IMG/VR virus record: IMGVR_UViG_3300031992_000044
Origin: a virus
Direction: 5' to 3' (one strand)
DNA length: 64,000 nucleotides
Positions 1 through 12,700 of the stretch are shown here, piece by piece; positions within the stretch are counted from its first letter, which is position 1, and each line of letters begins with the position of its first letter. Under the pieces are notes generated by a model. That model was not told where the DNA came from, searched no databases, and saw only the letters and a list, made by a program, of their open reading frames with translations. The translations under genes and the position numbers were made by a program.

Positions 1-1
1 A

Positions 2-103
2 TTTGACTTTAAGAAAGTACATAAGACAGAGTATAAGATAGAGAATACGAACGACTTGATTAAGACAACTGATGTAAGAGTAGTACAAAATACAACGAAA
101 TGA
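2..103 (+). CDS. 3' end of an upstream late-module gene (partial, runs off the window)
   Basis: Frame 2 is open from the window edge to TGA 101-103. The stop overlaps the next ATG (ATGA at 100-103). Confidence 0.35.
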   Translation, partial: FDFKKVHKTEYKIENTNDLIKTTDVRVVQNTTK

Positions 104-819
104 ATACAACAAGCCTAAAAGAAATAGTAGACGATATACTTCTTTTGGTCAGGAACAACAACATTAGCGAGAGTGAAGATTTCTCTAGAGCGTAGGTTAG
201 CGCTTGGGTAAATCATTACAGACGTATGTTGTGGAAGAAACGTCTTGATGAACTTAAAGAAAGAGCAAAAATGATGGATCTACTTGATATGGTAGATGAT
301 GAGTTTATCAAGATTAAAGAGATCGGTCCTCTTCCGTTAGAGAAAGTAGAATCTAATGATAAAGATAGAGACAGCTTCACTAAGCGTACAGTAGATGAGA
401 TAGATGGCTTATTCTCAAATACAGCATCTAGTATTATAGCTATACGGGATGAAAGCGGTGAGAATATTCAATATATGAATCCTATACGCCGTCACTATCA
501 GTATTTCCGCAAGTATACTTTTGGGGAGATTACAGGTTACTTCAATGGCGATAAACATGTATATATACAAGGATTGCAAGATCAAGATTAGTTGTAGTAT
601 ATATACTTAGAAGCTATATATGAAGTAGACGATGACACTGATGATACTGACGCAGAAGACGAGGATGATGTACAAATCCCAACCTGGATGATTCCTGATA
701 TAAAGAAGCTTATTTTCCAGAATGAATTGGCAGTAATGCTGAATAGACCTAGCGATGATAGTAACAACGCTACTTTAGCTAGTGTGAAACCACATGGACC
801 ACAAGACAATGAGGAGTAA
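100..819 (+). CDS. late/virion protein of unknown function, TAG-recoded
   Basis: ATG at 100. Frame 1 is continuous to TAA 817-819 if TAG at 193-195, 589-591 and 595-597 is sense. The track ORF 226-591 is an internal fragment. Acidic DDDTDDTDAEDEDD tract near the C-terminus. Confidence 0.6.
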
Positions 820-1252
820 ACAATCCATCACGTTCAGGGACATGTACCGTACAATGCCCGTAGAGGTTGATTACAGCCTCTACAAGCGCATTTTAGATGA
901 AATGTGTAAAGTTATTCTAGAACACATATTCGAAGGCTCAGAAGGCTTTAAAATGCCTTTTGGGCTTGGTTTTATATAGATAGGTAAGTATAAACCTAAG
1001 AGTTTATCCGCACAATCATTATCTGTAGACTATAAAGCCAGCAAAGAATATGATAAACGTATCTATCATTTGAATGAACATTCTGACGGATATAAATATA
1101 GATTATACTGGTCTAAGATCCCGAGGACATTCCCAGATAGATATAAATACTAGCTGAGCCTAGTAAGATAGAATAAACGTAAATTAGCTCAACTAATATT
1201 TAATAAACACGATTATATTGATATAAATGATATACAAATATACAAAGTGTGA
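794..1252 (+). CDS. putative HU/IHF-like DNA-binding protein, TAG-recoded
   Basis: ATG at 794 (alternative 809), frame 2, ends TGA 1250-1252. In-frame TAG at 977-979, 1151-1153 and 1169-1171. The FGLGFIQIGKYKPK segment resembles the HU/IHF arm region. IHF-like genes are known in crAss-like structural modules. Confidence 0.45.
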
Positions 1253-1271
1253 ATCAGTCATTGCAAAGATT

Positions 1272-2180
1272 ATGGCTGATTTAGATTCCACAGAGATAAA
1301 GTAGCGTACTACAGACATAAGAGAGTGGATATTTGAAGCCGTAGACAAGATTGGTGCTCCTATGTAGTATATCACAAAAGAGTCTGGGACTGACGGCGAA
1401 CCTATATTAAAGATACAAGACTATTAGGTTCCCATCCCAGCGGACTTACAAGTACTCGATGGTGTTGCGTATTCCTAGAATCCTGAAGGACCGTGGAAGC
1501 CAATGAGTACTATGACTGGAATATTTAAACGCAAACCACATCCAACACCTCATAGAAACCTTGTCTACCATCACGATCCATATAATATGGCTATACCCGA
1601 ACCTCCTATAACAGAAGAGATTGTAGGTATGCCGGAACATCATCAACCAATGATGCACAAACTCCCAACATCTTAGCATTAGTTGTATACTATCAACACA
1701 ATGAAGTATTGGGATAGAATGTTTAAGCATGGGAAGTTAGACAAACCTGAGTATTTTATTAAACCTGGTTGGATTGTAACAAATCAAAAACACGGTTTTA
1801 TTAAACTTTCATACAAAGCTATTGCAGTAGACGAAAGAGGTTATCCGTTGATACCAGATCTTACTTCTTACTAGGAGGCTATATACTGGTATGTAGTTAT
1901 GAAGCTTACATTCCCTAAGTTTATGTCTGGTAAGCTTACTACAAGCAGTTCTAAATATTCACAAAAATACGCACAATAGACTTACTTCTATACATAGTCT
2001 CAATGGAACTTTTATAGAAATCAAGCTTACGCTGAAGCTATGATGCCTACTGCAGATGATATGCAGAATATAAAGAACGATTGGAATAAACTAGTACCTG
2101 ATTGGGATGGTGATGATACGTTCTTTAAGAATATAGGCAGAGAACAAATAACATACAACGACTACTATTATGGATATTAA
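1272..2180 (+). CDS. tail-associated structural protein (adaptor/ring-like), TAG-recoded
   Basis: ATG at 1272, frame 3, ends TAA 2178-2180. I read 9 in-frame TAGs and no TAA/TGA. Track ORF 1683-1874 is a fragment. The position just upstream of the tail hub gene suggests the role. Confidence 0.55.
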
Positions 2181-5100
2181 TAATGATTTACAACAAATAA
2201 ATACTTTTGTTAAAGGCATGAATACTGACGTATCAGATGCCTTAATGGATAGTAGTCAGTATAGATATGCAGAAAACGTAAGATTAACTACAGATACAGA
2301 AGAGAATACAGGAGAACTTAGACTGGTAGAAGGTACTGCTTAGTACGCATATGTACAACAGTATGGTACAATAAAAGCAATGACAAGTATACGTAACTTG
2401 TTAATTGTTATTACAGAAGATGGCGGTAAAGGTTATATATTAGTAAATGATACAGATAATCCTAGTCATTGGTGGATAACATATGAATCCGAAGATGGTG
2501 ATAGTTGGGGAACATATTTAAGTCTTGTTACAAGATGGGAATCTGATAATAATGTCAAATTATATATAGCTGACGCTAAGCATCCTTTGATGTATGTAAA
2601 TATTACAGAGAAGAACGATAATGGGGATTATGTAACTCATATCGGAAATAAATCCATACAGGGTATAATAAATACTTTTCTTGAACAACCCACGTTTACA
2701 ATACAACAAGGTGGCGGAAACCTAAATGCTCCAAAAATACAATATGCGTACAGACTATATAAACTTGGAGGATCTACTACTACACTATCTCCATTGAGTA
2801 AATTGGCAATTTTGTATGATAAAGATAACAAAGGTTATGATAATCCTGTTGGAGATAGCCTTATATATAATATAAATAATTCGTTTATAGTACATATACC
2901 ATCAAGTAGTCCTGATTCGGATTATCTTCAAATATTCAGGATACAATATATTTCAAACAGTAGTTCCCCGAAAATATCTCTTATATACGATGATGTGTAT
3001 ATTTCATAGTATACTGATACAGGTACAAACGTAGATGAGGATGTTTCGTATAGTACATTTTTGTCATATATAGATTTTAATACCGTTCCTAGAATAATAG
3101 AATCTAAAAATGACTATTTGTTTTAGGCAAATATAAATGATGTATAGAGTAAAATAGATAGTGAATATGATAAAGTGGATGTTTCCGATTGTATAACATA
3201 TTCTTTGGAAACAGATAAGTGCGTATATATAAATAGTAAGAACGAAAAAAAATATTCGTTAAACGAAAATAACACTAGAGACCAATTTAGATCTTTACGT
3301 TTTGGCGAAGTATATAGATACGGAGTTGTATTGTATGACGATAACGGTAGTCATACATCTGTGAAACATATATGCGATATCGATCTGGCGCAAGAAATAC
3401 AAGATTTGTCAGTTTATTCTATAAGTAAATATCAAAACAGCGACTTTTACCAGTTTAAACTGATAGGTATAAATTTTTAGGTTGATTGGGATACATTATT
3501 ACAACGTTGTCCAAATTGTACAGCTGTTGAGTTCGTTAGATGTAAACGTACAATATCCGATAGAAGAACTATTACACAAGGAATAGCAGGATATCCTCTT
3601 TATATATTAGACAAACAGAACGACCAATTTGTATATACACAAACCGTCTGTTCTCCAGGATTAATATCAACGAATAGATTTGCAATAACTGGGCATATGC
3701 ATCATTCTGTAGAGGATACTGGATATCACGATAAAGAGGAATAGTGCCAATCTCAAGTTGGTATTAGCAGCAACCAATATATAATATTCACATCTCCAGA
3801 ATACGTGTATCAAAAAGATGATATATAGGATATATTAAAAAATAGAAATTTCTATGTAACAATAGACGGATACATAGAAACTAAAAATTCTTCGTACAAC
3901 CAAATAGGATAGTATTCTCCAGAAGAGTTAAAACTAAGAAGAGTTAGTAGTTCCAGTACCTACGATTATGGTGTACCGTATAGTGTATATAAAGCTCCAG
4001 AAGACACAGAAACAATGTATCGATGGTTATATGATCATTATGTAGGAGAAGAAGGTAATTCTTAGCCTACATACGGTGATGAAATATATGAAAACGGCAT
4101 TGTTACATATATACATAGTGCGTGGATAGGTGCATATTTTGCAAGAATGATATTTGAACACGGAGATGCAGATTATCCGATGTATATAAATAGATTTCGT
4201 CCAAATGTGCCGAAAGTTTTTACTAGTTATTCTTAGTTTGATACAAATTTCAATACCACTAGTACAAATGAAGGATATATAAATAGTATGATATTTTCTT
4301 CAAAAGGTGTTGAAGACATTCAAAAACCTGGAGATGCATTTGACAGTACCGTTGATCCCGTAGAATTTAAAGCGGGAGATTGTGTTATCTCCAATGGAGA
4401 TTTTAATTATCTACCGTGGATAATACCTATAGCGTACAGAGATGATGATAATGCATCAATACTTAAAAATCCACAACCTTTGGCAAATCCTTCAAAAACA
4501 GATCCTTCTGATTTTCAACCACCCGAGTATCCTATTTATAGTATATTTTAGTCTAGAGCAGGAAGATTTTCTTATCCTATAGGAAGTGCTGGCGAGTGTA
4601 TTATATTAAAAATGCCAAATAATGGAGAGTTTTACAAAAATTCCGAAAACTATATAGGAGCTGAAATAGTATCTATAAAACAGGATGTAGTACCATATGG
4701 TGGAGAAAGTACAACCGATTCATCTACTTATATATCTTATGGTAATATATTTTTAGCTGATTCCGGAAGTAAAAGTTATTCTGTATACGACGGAGACTGT
4801 TTTCCTGGAGTATTTATATATAATGCATGTCATGCGTGGTATGAAGGTGCTCTTGGTGCAGGTGTGGCACAATCAAACATATAGTCTATTCCACTTTATT
4901 CCGATATAGATCTGTCTGCAACATTTGGAGACTTAATTACAAATAAAACACAGATTCCAAACGAATTCTATTGGTTTTAGGATGTTCCTGGTAATTTTGG
5001 AGAATATTTATAGGGCACATACGCATATATGTATAATACGGCGTATAGTTCTGATCCAACAGCCGTTCCGTATACATCTATAAAATATACGAAAATAGAT

Positions 5101-6207
5101 ACAGATACATTTGATTGCAGGGTAAAGCATTCCGATCCAAAAACAAACAACGAGCATATCGATAGTTGGTTAAAGTTTGATGATAATAATTATATAGACG
5201 TAGATTCCAGGTTTGGATAGATAACTAATATGCGTTTATTTAAAGATAAACTTTTATTCTGGCAAGAACATGCTACTGGTATACTTAGTGTGAATGAACG
5301 CACTGTATTAAATGATATTGATAACAATGATATTGTTGTAGGTACAGGCGGAACCCTTTAGAGGTATGATTATATATCTACTGTATATGGAATGAAACCT
5401 AATCAGTATGACGCAGAAATACAATCAAATAGCACACAATACTGGTGGGATGGACATAACAAAGAAATACTTGCATATGGGGGCGGAATGGAACTTGTCC
5501 CACTTACTAAAATAAAAGGCGTCACCAATTATATAAATCAAAGAGATGAATCTGAACGTCCTATACTCGCGTATGATACAAAATATGACGAAGTGCTTGC
5601 ATAGGTTGTTGATGATGAAACAATGGTTTATAATGAACAAATTCAAGCATTCTCTTCTATATATACGTTTATGCCGCAATATAGAGCATCCGTTGGCAAT
5701 AATTTATATTTGGCAAAAGGAAATTTGATATACATACAAAACAAGCAAGATGAAGATGGATATTCTTATCTGTTTGACAAACCTGCGTTCCCTAAAGTGC
5801 GTATAGTTGTAAATAAGAACAACATATACACTAAAACATTTGATAATCTTACATTTGGCGGTAGAATGTATAAAGGTAGTTTACAAACCATAGCAAATTG
5901 GTAGATGGAAAGAGTTCCTGGAGAATATGTCAAAGATGAACATCTAAATTCTCCAATGCACCACCTTACGTTTACATTCGAAACGCCACTTAAATAGAAA
6001 TCTGCTATACGCGGAGATAAGTCTACTAGTGTAGATGAATATGATTATAGACTAGCTATACCAAGAAATGGCTCACAAGATTCAAGTATAGAGTATGGAA
6101 ATAGAATGCGAGGAAAAACAATGCAATGTGAAATGGCTTCGGATTACAACTCCACTGACTTCTCATTGCAGTATATAACAACGAAATTTAGAATGTCATG
6201 GAGTTAA
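2170..6207 (+). CDS. large tail hub / muzzle-type 'tail stabilisation' protein, TAG-recoded
   Basis: ATG at 2170 overlaps the previous stop. Frame 1 is continuous to TAA 6205-6207 with 19 in-frame TAGs. It joins track ORFs 2380-3009, 3175-3480, 4288-4551, 4612-4884, 5029-5220, 5392-5604 and 5623-5904, all in frame 1. The N-terminal FVKGMNTDVSDALMDSSQYRYAENVRL is typical of podovirus tail tubular B / stabilisation proteins. Confidence 0.65.
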
Positions 6208-7982
6208 CAAAGAAAGATTATAAATTTATAAATAATACAGGACAGTTGCCTGGATTTTCTGGCGGATTAACATCTTCGGATGATTATCAGAATAATATTA
6301 TGTAGTGGATGGACAATCTACAACAATATAATTCTGGAAATAAAAATGTAGCTGGGGCAGTAGATACCTCGATTTTACCAACACGTGGAAACTTTGATAC
6401 TGCAGGAATGAGCGCAGCCGGACAACTTGCATCAAGAAAGGATATTCCGTATTAGAGCACAGAAACAAAAAATATAGCAAAAGGTATAAACGTTGGTAAT
6501 ATACAAACAGCAGCGTCTGCTGCACCAGGACTGATTGGAAGTTTACATAACAGTTGGACAAACTACGATAGTGTAAATGATATAGAAGCTCAATATAAAC
6601 CTACATCTGCTACAACTGCGGGTATTGGATGGACAAAAATGGTAAAAGCCAAAGATGGCAAGTTGCCTGGATATAAAGGAGGTGCATTAGGAAATATAGC
6701 TGGTGCAACGGCGTCTGGAGCTGCGATGGGTTCTGTTGCAGGACCATGGGGTGCTGTTGTCGGTGGTGCTGTCGGTTTGATTGGTAGTGGCATAGGTGAA
6801 ATATTTAGTGAAGATACACAAAGGGAGAATGAAAGAATTGCTAGATAGAATATAATACTTCGCAATAATAATGAACGAAGTGGAGCGATTAGTACTTCTA
6901 TGTAGTTAAATAATGCTATAAAATACGGCGATCAATATTCTCAACCATTATTTGGTCATGCTAATGGAAAACTTCCTAAGTTTGATATAGGAAAAGTATC
7001 AACATCGTTTGGTTAGGCTTTAGGAGAAGCTACAGCACGTGTATCTAACGGAGAAGTTATAGCTAACAAATATACAGGTACAATGTATAGAGTTCCCGGC
7101 TTAAAGAACAACAAAGATGGGAAACTTGCTTCTCTTAGTGATAGTGATACTGTTATTACAAACAAACATGGACTTTCTGATTATGCTTGGCGTACTGGAG
7201 ATATAGAAGGTGCTGAGGAAATGATGAAGATGTTTGGCAATCCTGCATATAAAAACGGAAGGCTTCCGAAATGTGCAGAAGGTTGGTTGGGCAATGCGAT
7301 ACCTTCGGCATTAGGAAGTATAGCAAGCCTCGCGCAATATATTGATGCTAAGAACAGTACGCCATATTATCCGCATACATATGTTGCTAATCCGTACGAA
7401 TTACAAGGTCTTACTACACTTGCTGGGCTTAGAATTAATCCTTATCCTATTACACAACAACTACGTAATGCAGAAGCTAGAACCAATAGAGCTATTGATA
7501 TCGCAGGAGGATTGAGTGGTAGTCAACGTACAGCAGCTAGATTAGCCAATCTTAATACTACACAGAACAATATATCTAACCTTTTGTCTAATATACAGCA
7601 GCAGAATAATGCTTATAGAGCTAGCTATGCTCAGGCTGCTATTAATGCAGGACAAGCATCTAGACAGGCTAGAATGGCTGCTAATCAGTGGGATCTCGAT
7701 ATGTACTCTAAAGCACATGCTGCACGTAATAGAGGTATACAAACAGGTATAGCTAACATGCTTAGTCAAATACAGCAATATCAAGCTAATGAGTTCAAGC
7801 GTAGACAGTTCAATGAGACTATGGATTTGTATAGAGACGATATGAACATGCGTAAATAGAATATGCAGTGGTTACAGAGTCAGCCTTCGCGCGGAATTGG
7901 TTTGGATATAGCAGCTTATGATAACACAAGGCCGTTATATTAGTACGATGAAAACGGAAATCTTAAGAGAGTTAGATCATGA
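6198..7982 (+). CDS. virion internal/tail-associated protein with a Gly/Ala-rich hydrophobic segment, TAG-recoded
   Basis: ATG at 6198 overlaps the previous stop. Frame 3 runs to TGA 7980-7982 with 7 in-frame TAGs, joining ORFs 6639-6848 and 7083-7859. Glycine-zipper-like GGALGNIAGATASGAAMGSVAGPWGAVVGGAVGLIGSGIG. Confidence 0.6.
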
Positions 7983-9742
7983 CATACGCATATGATGATT
8001 ATGTACAAATGCCTACTAAGGATTTGTACGATACAGCAGTAATGAAGATGGCCATTGAAGCAGCTAAAGATATGTATGATAAAGGCTAGGCTTAGATGGA
8101 GAACTTCTATAAGACATATGGAGATTTTATGAGTCCTTTTGCAGCAGATATGCAGAAGTATGGCGCAGCTATGGACTATGTGCGTAAGACGGTAAACGAT
8201 GCTTATGCTAGAGGTATTGACCTGTTTAAGAGTCCAGAAGGTCGGGCTATAGTAGCGCAGTTGAGTCATTCTATAGATCCAGGTTGGTATAATAGAGCAA
8301 GAGCCAATGCTAAAGTTGGTTATGCATATCTTGATTCTCTTAAAGAAGCTATGAAGAATGGTACGTACGACAGAGACTTTTAGAACTTTGTATTAAGTAA
8401 AGAGAATGGAGGTCCTGGAACATTCGAAGATTTCTCTAGTGACAACGGTATGTGGAATATATCTGGCGTATCTAAGTTTCAAGATCTTAATCAATGGACA
8501 CACCATTTGTTTGATAACATGCAGCTTACGTATGACCCCGAACTCAGCAAGGCCACTCCTGGATTCTTAGCATATAGTAAGAATAAAGATGTAATGAATC
8601 AAATTGCTGCTAACAATATGGCTACTCTTGCTAATACTGATATGGGCAAATATATGATAGACAGATACGCTCAGCAGTTTAAAGCTAGAGGATACAGTGA
8701 TGACAAAGCATTAGAAGCTGCATTTGATATGTTACAAAGAAATATTGTTAATGCTAATTATGAGCAATCTCAAGTTAAACTTGAACAAGATCCTTATGCA
8801 TACTTACAGCAAAGTAAAGCTGCTGATCTTGAGAACTTCCGTTAGAAGGAACTCATAAAACAACAAATAACAATGGATCTTAATGGCGATGGTGTAGTTA
8901 GTGATGAAGAGCGAGAACTTTACTATGGAGCTTTAAAAAAACAGTTAGAAGGAGATACTAAGGAGCCTGTACCAAATGGTACTTCTGATCAACTTGCAAA
9001 TGAGCAAATTTTAAGAACTCAGAATCGTAGAAACGAGGCTTTAAAAGGTGTAAAGACAAAAGAAGACCTTAAGAAAGCTCAAGAGAAATGGTATAGAGAA
9101 AACTCTACCGGCGGAATGGTTGGAAGAACTCCTACTTCTTCAAAGCCCTCTACTGAAGCTGAGTTGAGAAGAAACTCCGAAGATATCTTTAAAAGAAACA
9201 ATGTTGTTACTTTGTAGCAAGGTCAACAGGAAGATATGAACTCACTGCTTGCTCATAAAACAGATCCTAATACAGGTGAAGTTTACAATTATGTTGATCA
9301 TACAGTAGATTTTAGGCCAAACGTAGTTGCTTCTATGACAGGAAATAGAGTTTATACATATAACAGTGTTGTAAACAAAGTATCTAGAGCAATTAAAGGA
9401 AAGAAATATACAGTTCCTGCAGGAGAGATTAACAGAGAGTACGCAAGCGGAACTCGTAATAAGAAACGAGTAAATGTAATAAACGAAACTGTTATCTTCA
9501 AAGATAAAGATGTTGTTGAAAAGCTTGACAAAATTAATGAAGATACATTAAACAGTTTCGGTATAGAAAAATTGGAAGATGGTTACAAGATACCTATAAG
9601 TCATACTTTCAATGCGAATAGCATTGCAGCAGCTGCTGTCAATAGTGCTACAGATAAACGGGTAGCTGGTCAGTCTGAAGCTGCAAAAAGACAAGCAAAT
9701 AGACAGGCTAGAGCATACACAGGAATGGTAGAAAATAAATAA
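7979..9742 (+). CDS. virion internal (cargo-like) protein, TAG-recoded
   Basis: ATGA overlap with the previous gene at 7979-7982. Frame 2 runs to TAA 9740-9742 with 5 in-frame TAGs, joining ORFs 8096-8383, 8450-8845, 8873-9217 and 9236-9742. Confidence 0.6.
8876..8911 (+). other. EF-hand / dockerin-like Ca-binding loop DLNGDGVVSDEE
   Basis: The 12 residues fit D-x-[DN]-x-[DN]-G-x-[IV]-x-x-x-E exactly. Single copy. Confidence 0.4.
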
Positions 9743-9750
9743 TATCAATC

Positions 9751-12700
9751 ATGCCAAAGAAACGCAAAAATAGTAAAAACACGAAATCGTATTATGATCC
9801 AAATCTTGAAAAAGGATACGCCATAATGCGTGATCCACAAGGATTTTAGGATCTTGGCGACGCACTTACGCTGCACGATCGAGAAATAGAAAAATTGATA
9901 GATTCTGAGGTTGAAAAATACAACCAACAGAATGCCGAAGAGATTGAGTGGGAAAGAAAGAAACAAGAAGAAAATATAGAATCAGAGGATGAATCACAGT
10001 TGATAAAACGCAATCAACGTTCTTTATTAGGACAGCTCGCTGATGCATCTCGCGATCCCTTTGCTGGGGGATCTCCGGAAATGCTATCTTTTTCTGATAG
10101 ATTAGGAAGAGCATACGGTCATGTATAGGCCGGAGATATTCCGGGGCTGCCAGAAAATTATAACCTTGGAGATTTCTTTAAAGACCAATGGAACTCGTTC
10201 TTTGGCGAAATGAACAAACTCTAGGCAGAAGATGCCAGAGGTTACCAAGTGCGAGCAGAAAACGATAAGAATCTCATAAAAGACTACATGGATTCTTTAG
10301 ATAAGCTCGACGAAATAGACTATATTGATAAAGAGCTACAAAATATTAACAGTTTGATTCAGCAGCCAGATATGACTGCTGGTCAGATTGCTAATCTTAA
10401 AGGAGAACGTGCAAAAATGCTCTCTGATATAGAAAGACTTAAAAGAGAGTACGATGCCCTTGCTCCAAGTAGATCAATGTTGGAAGATATGACTGACCAG
10501 TCTAAGCTTGGCGCTTGGGTTGACGGTTCTATGTCAGGCAATGAAATATTTGGAAGCGGAGATTGGTGGAATCTGGCTGGTAGAACTACAGCAGGTCACG
10601 ATTAGATGAATGATGCTCGTCGGTTCTTGTACAATCTCAAAGATGGCAATCTTGATAGAAATTAGAAGAGATAGGCTTTGTCTCGTGCTTACAAAGAGTA
10701 TGGTAAGCTTAATGAAGACTGGAATGCCATCATAGAAGAGAATGAGAATGAAGCTCAGAAGCACAACGATAAGATATCTAAATGGTTCCAAGGTAGAGCT
10801 GAGAAAGCTGGTATAAACTTCACTGATCCAGACACATACTTGTTTAAGATGCCTGGAATCATGGGCGGATCTGCTAGTTCTTATATGAAGCAAGTTCCTG
10901 CTATGCTTGCTGGTATAGTGGGTGGTGCTGTTGGAGCTAGTCTTGTTGGAGCTGGAGCTCTTGGTACTTCTGCAGCACTTGCTGCGACTGCTACTGGTGC
11001 GGGTACATCTTTTGCATTTAATAGAGCTGCTGGTATATCAGAAAATAACGCGGAAGTTGCTCTTGCTACTATTGAGAAAGTAAAAGAGCGTACTGGACTT
11101 GAGGAAGATGATATCAAAAAAATATTGTCTGGCGAAATGACAGATCCAGCCAAGCTTAGAAAGATTACGGAGAATATACACAACGTAGAGAATCTATTCC
11201 AACAAGATATGGCAGCTACCACATGGGATGCTGCTGTAGACGCTATGCTCATGGCTGTTCCTATCGGCTTTATGTCAAGTTTAGGCAAATACCTTAAAGG
11301 TACAAAGGCTGTAGAAAAGCTTATGGAGAAAGCGGGAACTAAAGCTGCTTTAGCTGAGCGTTTCGGTAAAGACTTTGTGCAAGGGTGGGACGCTGGTAGT
11401 CTAGCTAGTCCTCTGGCAGGCGTAGGCGCTGGTTTAGCAAACGCTACGATCGGTAGAGGCGTAAGAGCCGGTGTATCGAAAGTAAAGAATATACTCGTAC
11501 GAAAGCTTGACGACACGTTTGACGGTGCACTTATTCACGATCTTGTTCGTAATACTGAGAAAGTAGCAGAATCAGTAGGTAAACTAAATCCCACTAGAAT
11601 CGCAGCAGAACAAGCTGCTCAGAAAGGCCTTCTTGCTCAGTATATGAAAGGTATTGGTGGAAAAACCATTAAATCTACTATTGCTGAAGGTATTGAAGAA
11701 GGTAAGCAGCACGTAAATGCAGAAGCCTTTAAGAACGATTTATCAGATCCTAAGCTTAAGAGTACCATGGAAGTTGCGTTCGACGATATGATGAACGGAC
11801 TTACTATGGGCGCTTATGTTATGGGTATACCTCTCGATGGTCTTGGGATTATAAACATCAAGGATCAAGATCTTCTTCAAGAGATAAAAGGAGGTATGCT
11901 TGGTGGATGGGGTCAAACTGCTACCGTGTCTGTCGTCCAGTCCACTCTTCCTTACGTTAGACAGAAGAGTGCTCTTTCTGCTGCTGTAGAACAAATATAC
12001 GCAGACAAGTTGTCTTCTACTGCTATGATGAAGCAGTATAAGTATTGGCTTCAGAAAGGTTTGATGAAGCCGACGCAGAACGATATGAATGTAGCGTTCA
12101 ACATGTTGCGCAAAACCAACGACGATTATGAGAAGACAAATGGTGCTACTGCAATTGCTCCAAACTTGATAGATGAAGCGCAAAGGCAATATAATCATGT
12201 TATGTCTGTTGCACAGAATCCTCTTACTAGAAAGATGGCGGAGGATGCTGGAATAAAAGTACGTTCTTGGAATAATCCTTCTTCGTGGAGAAGTAATGAG
12301 GAATACTATAATTTTGTAGCAGCGAAAGTAGCAGCAGAAGATCGAATCGGAGAAGTTGTTCAGAATCTCAATAATGCTGATTATAAGCTTCAACAAGAAA
12401 GAATGCGAGTACAGCAAGAGTTGACACGTGGGGAAAGCGATATACAAAGTCAATTAGGACAGTTACAGCGTGAACGTGCTTCTTTATCTGGATGGCAGAG
12501 TACAGATGAAATGCCGTACAGTAATGAAGAGGATTCTATACGCGAAGATACTGCTACAGAATCACAAAACGACTTTATTTATACTGACGAAATAGCACAA
12601 CTTGCGGCATTATATAAGTATCGCGAGCAGATAGAACGCGGTATAGAAGCATAGAAAGGTAGTAAGTATGTAAAAGTGTCTCGTGGCCTAAAGAGTGAAC

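Noticed and set aside
6590-6865. Minus-strand ORF (91 aa, Pro/Ala-rich), and likewise 10881-11516 and 11743-12453
   Set aside because: They are antisense shadows of Gly/Ala-rich or long coding stretches of the + strand late genes. They are embedded in a continuous + strand frame.
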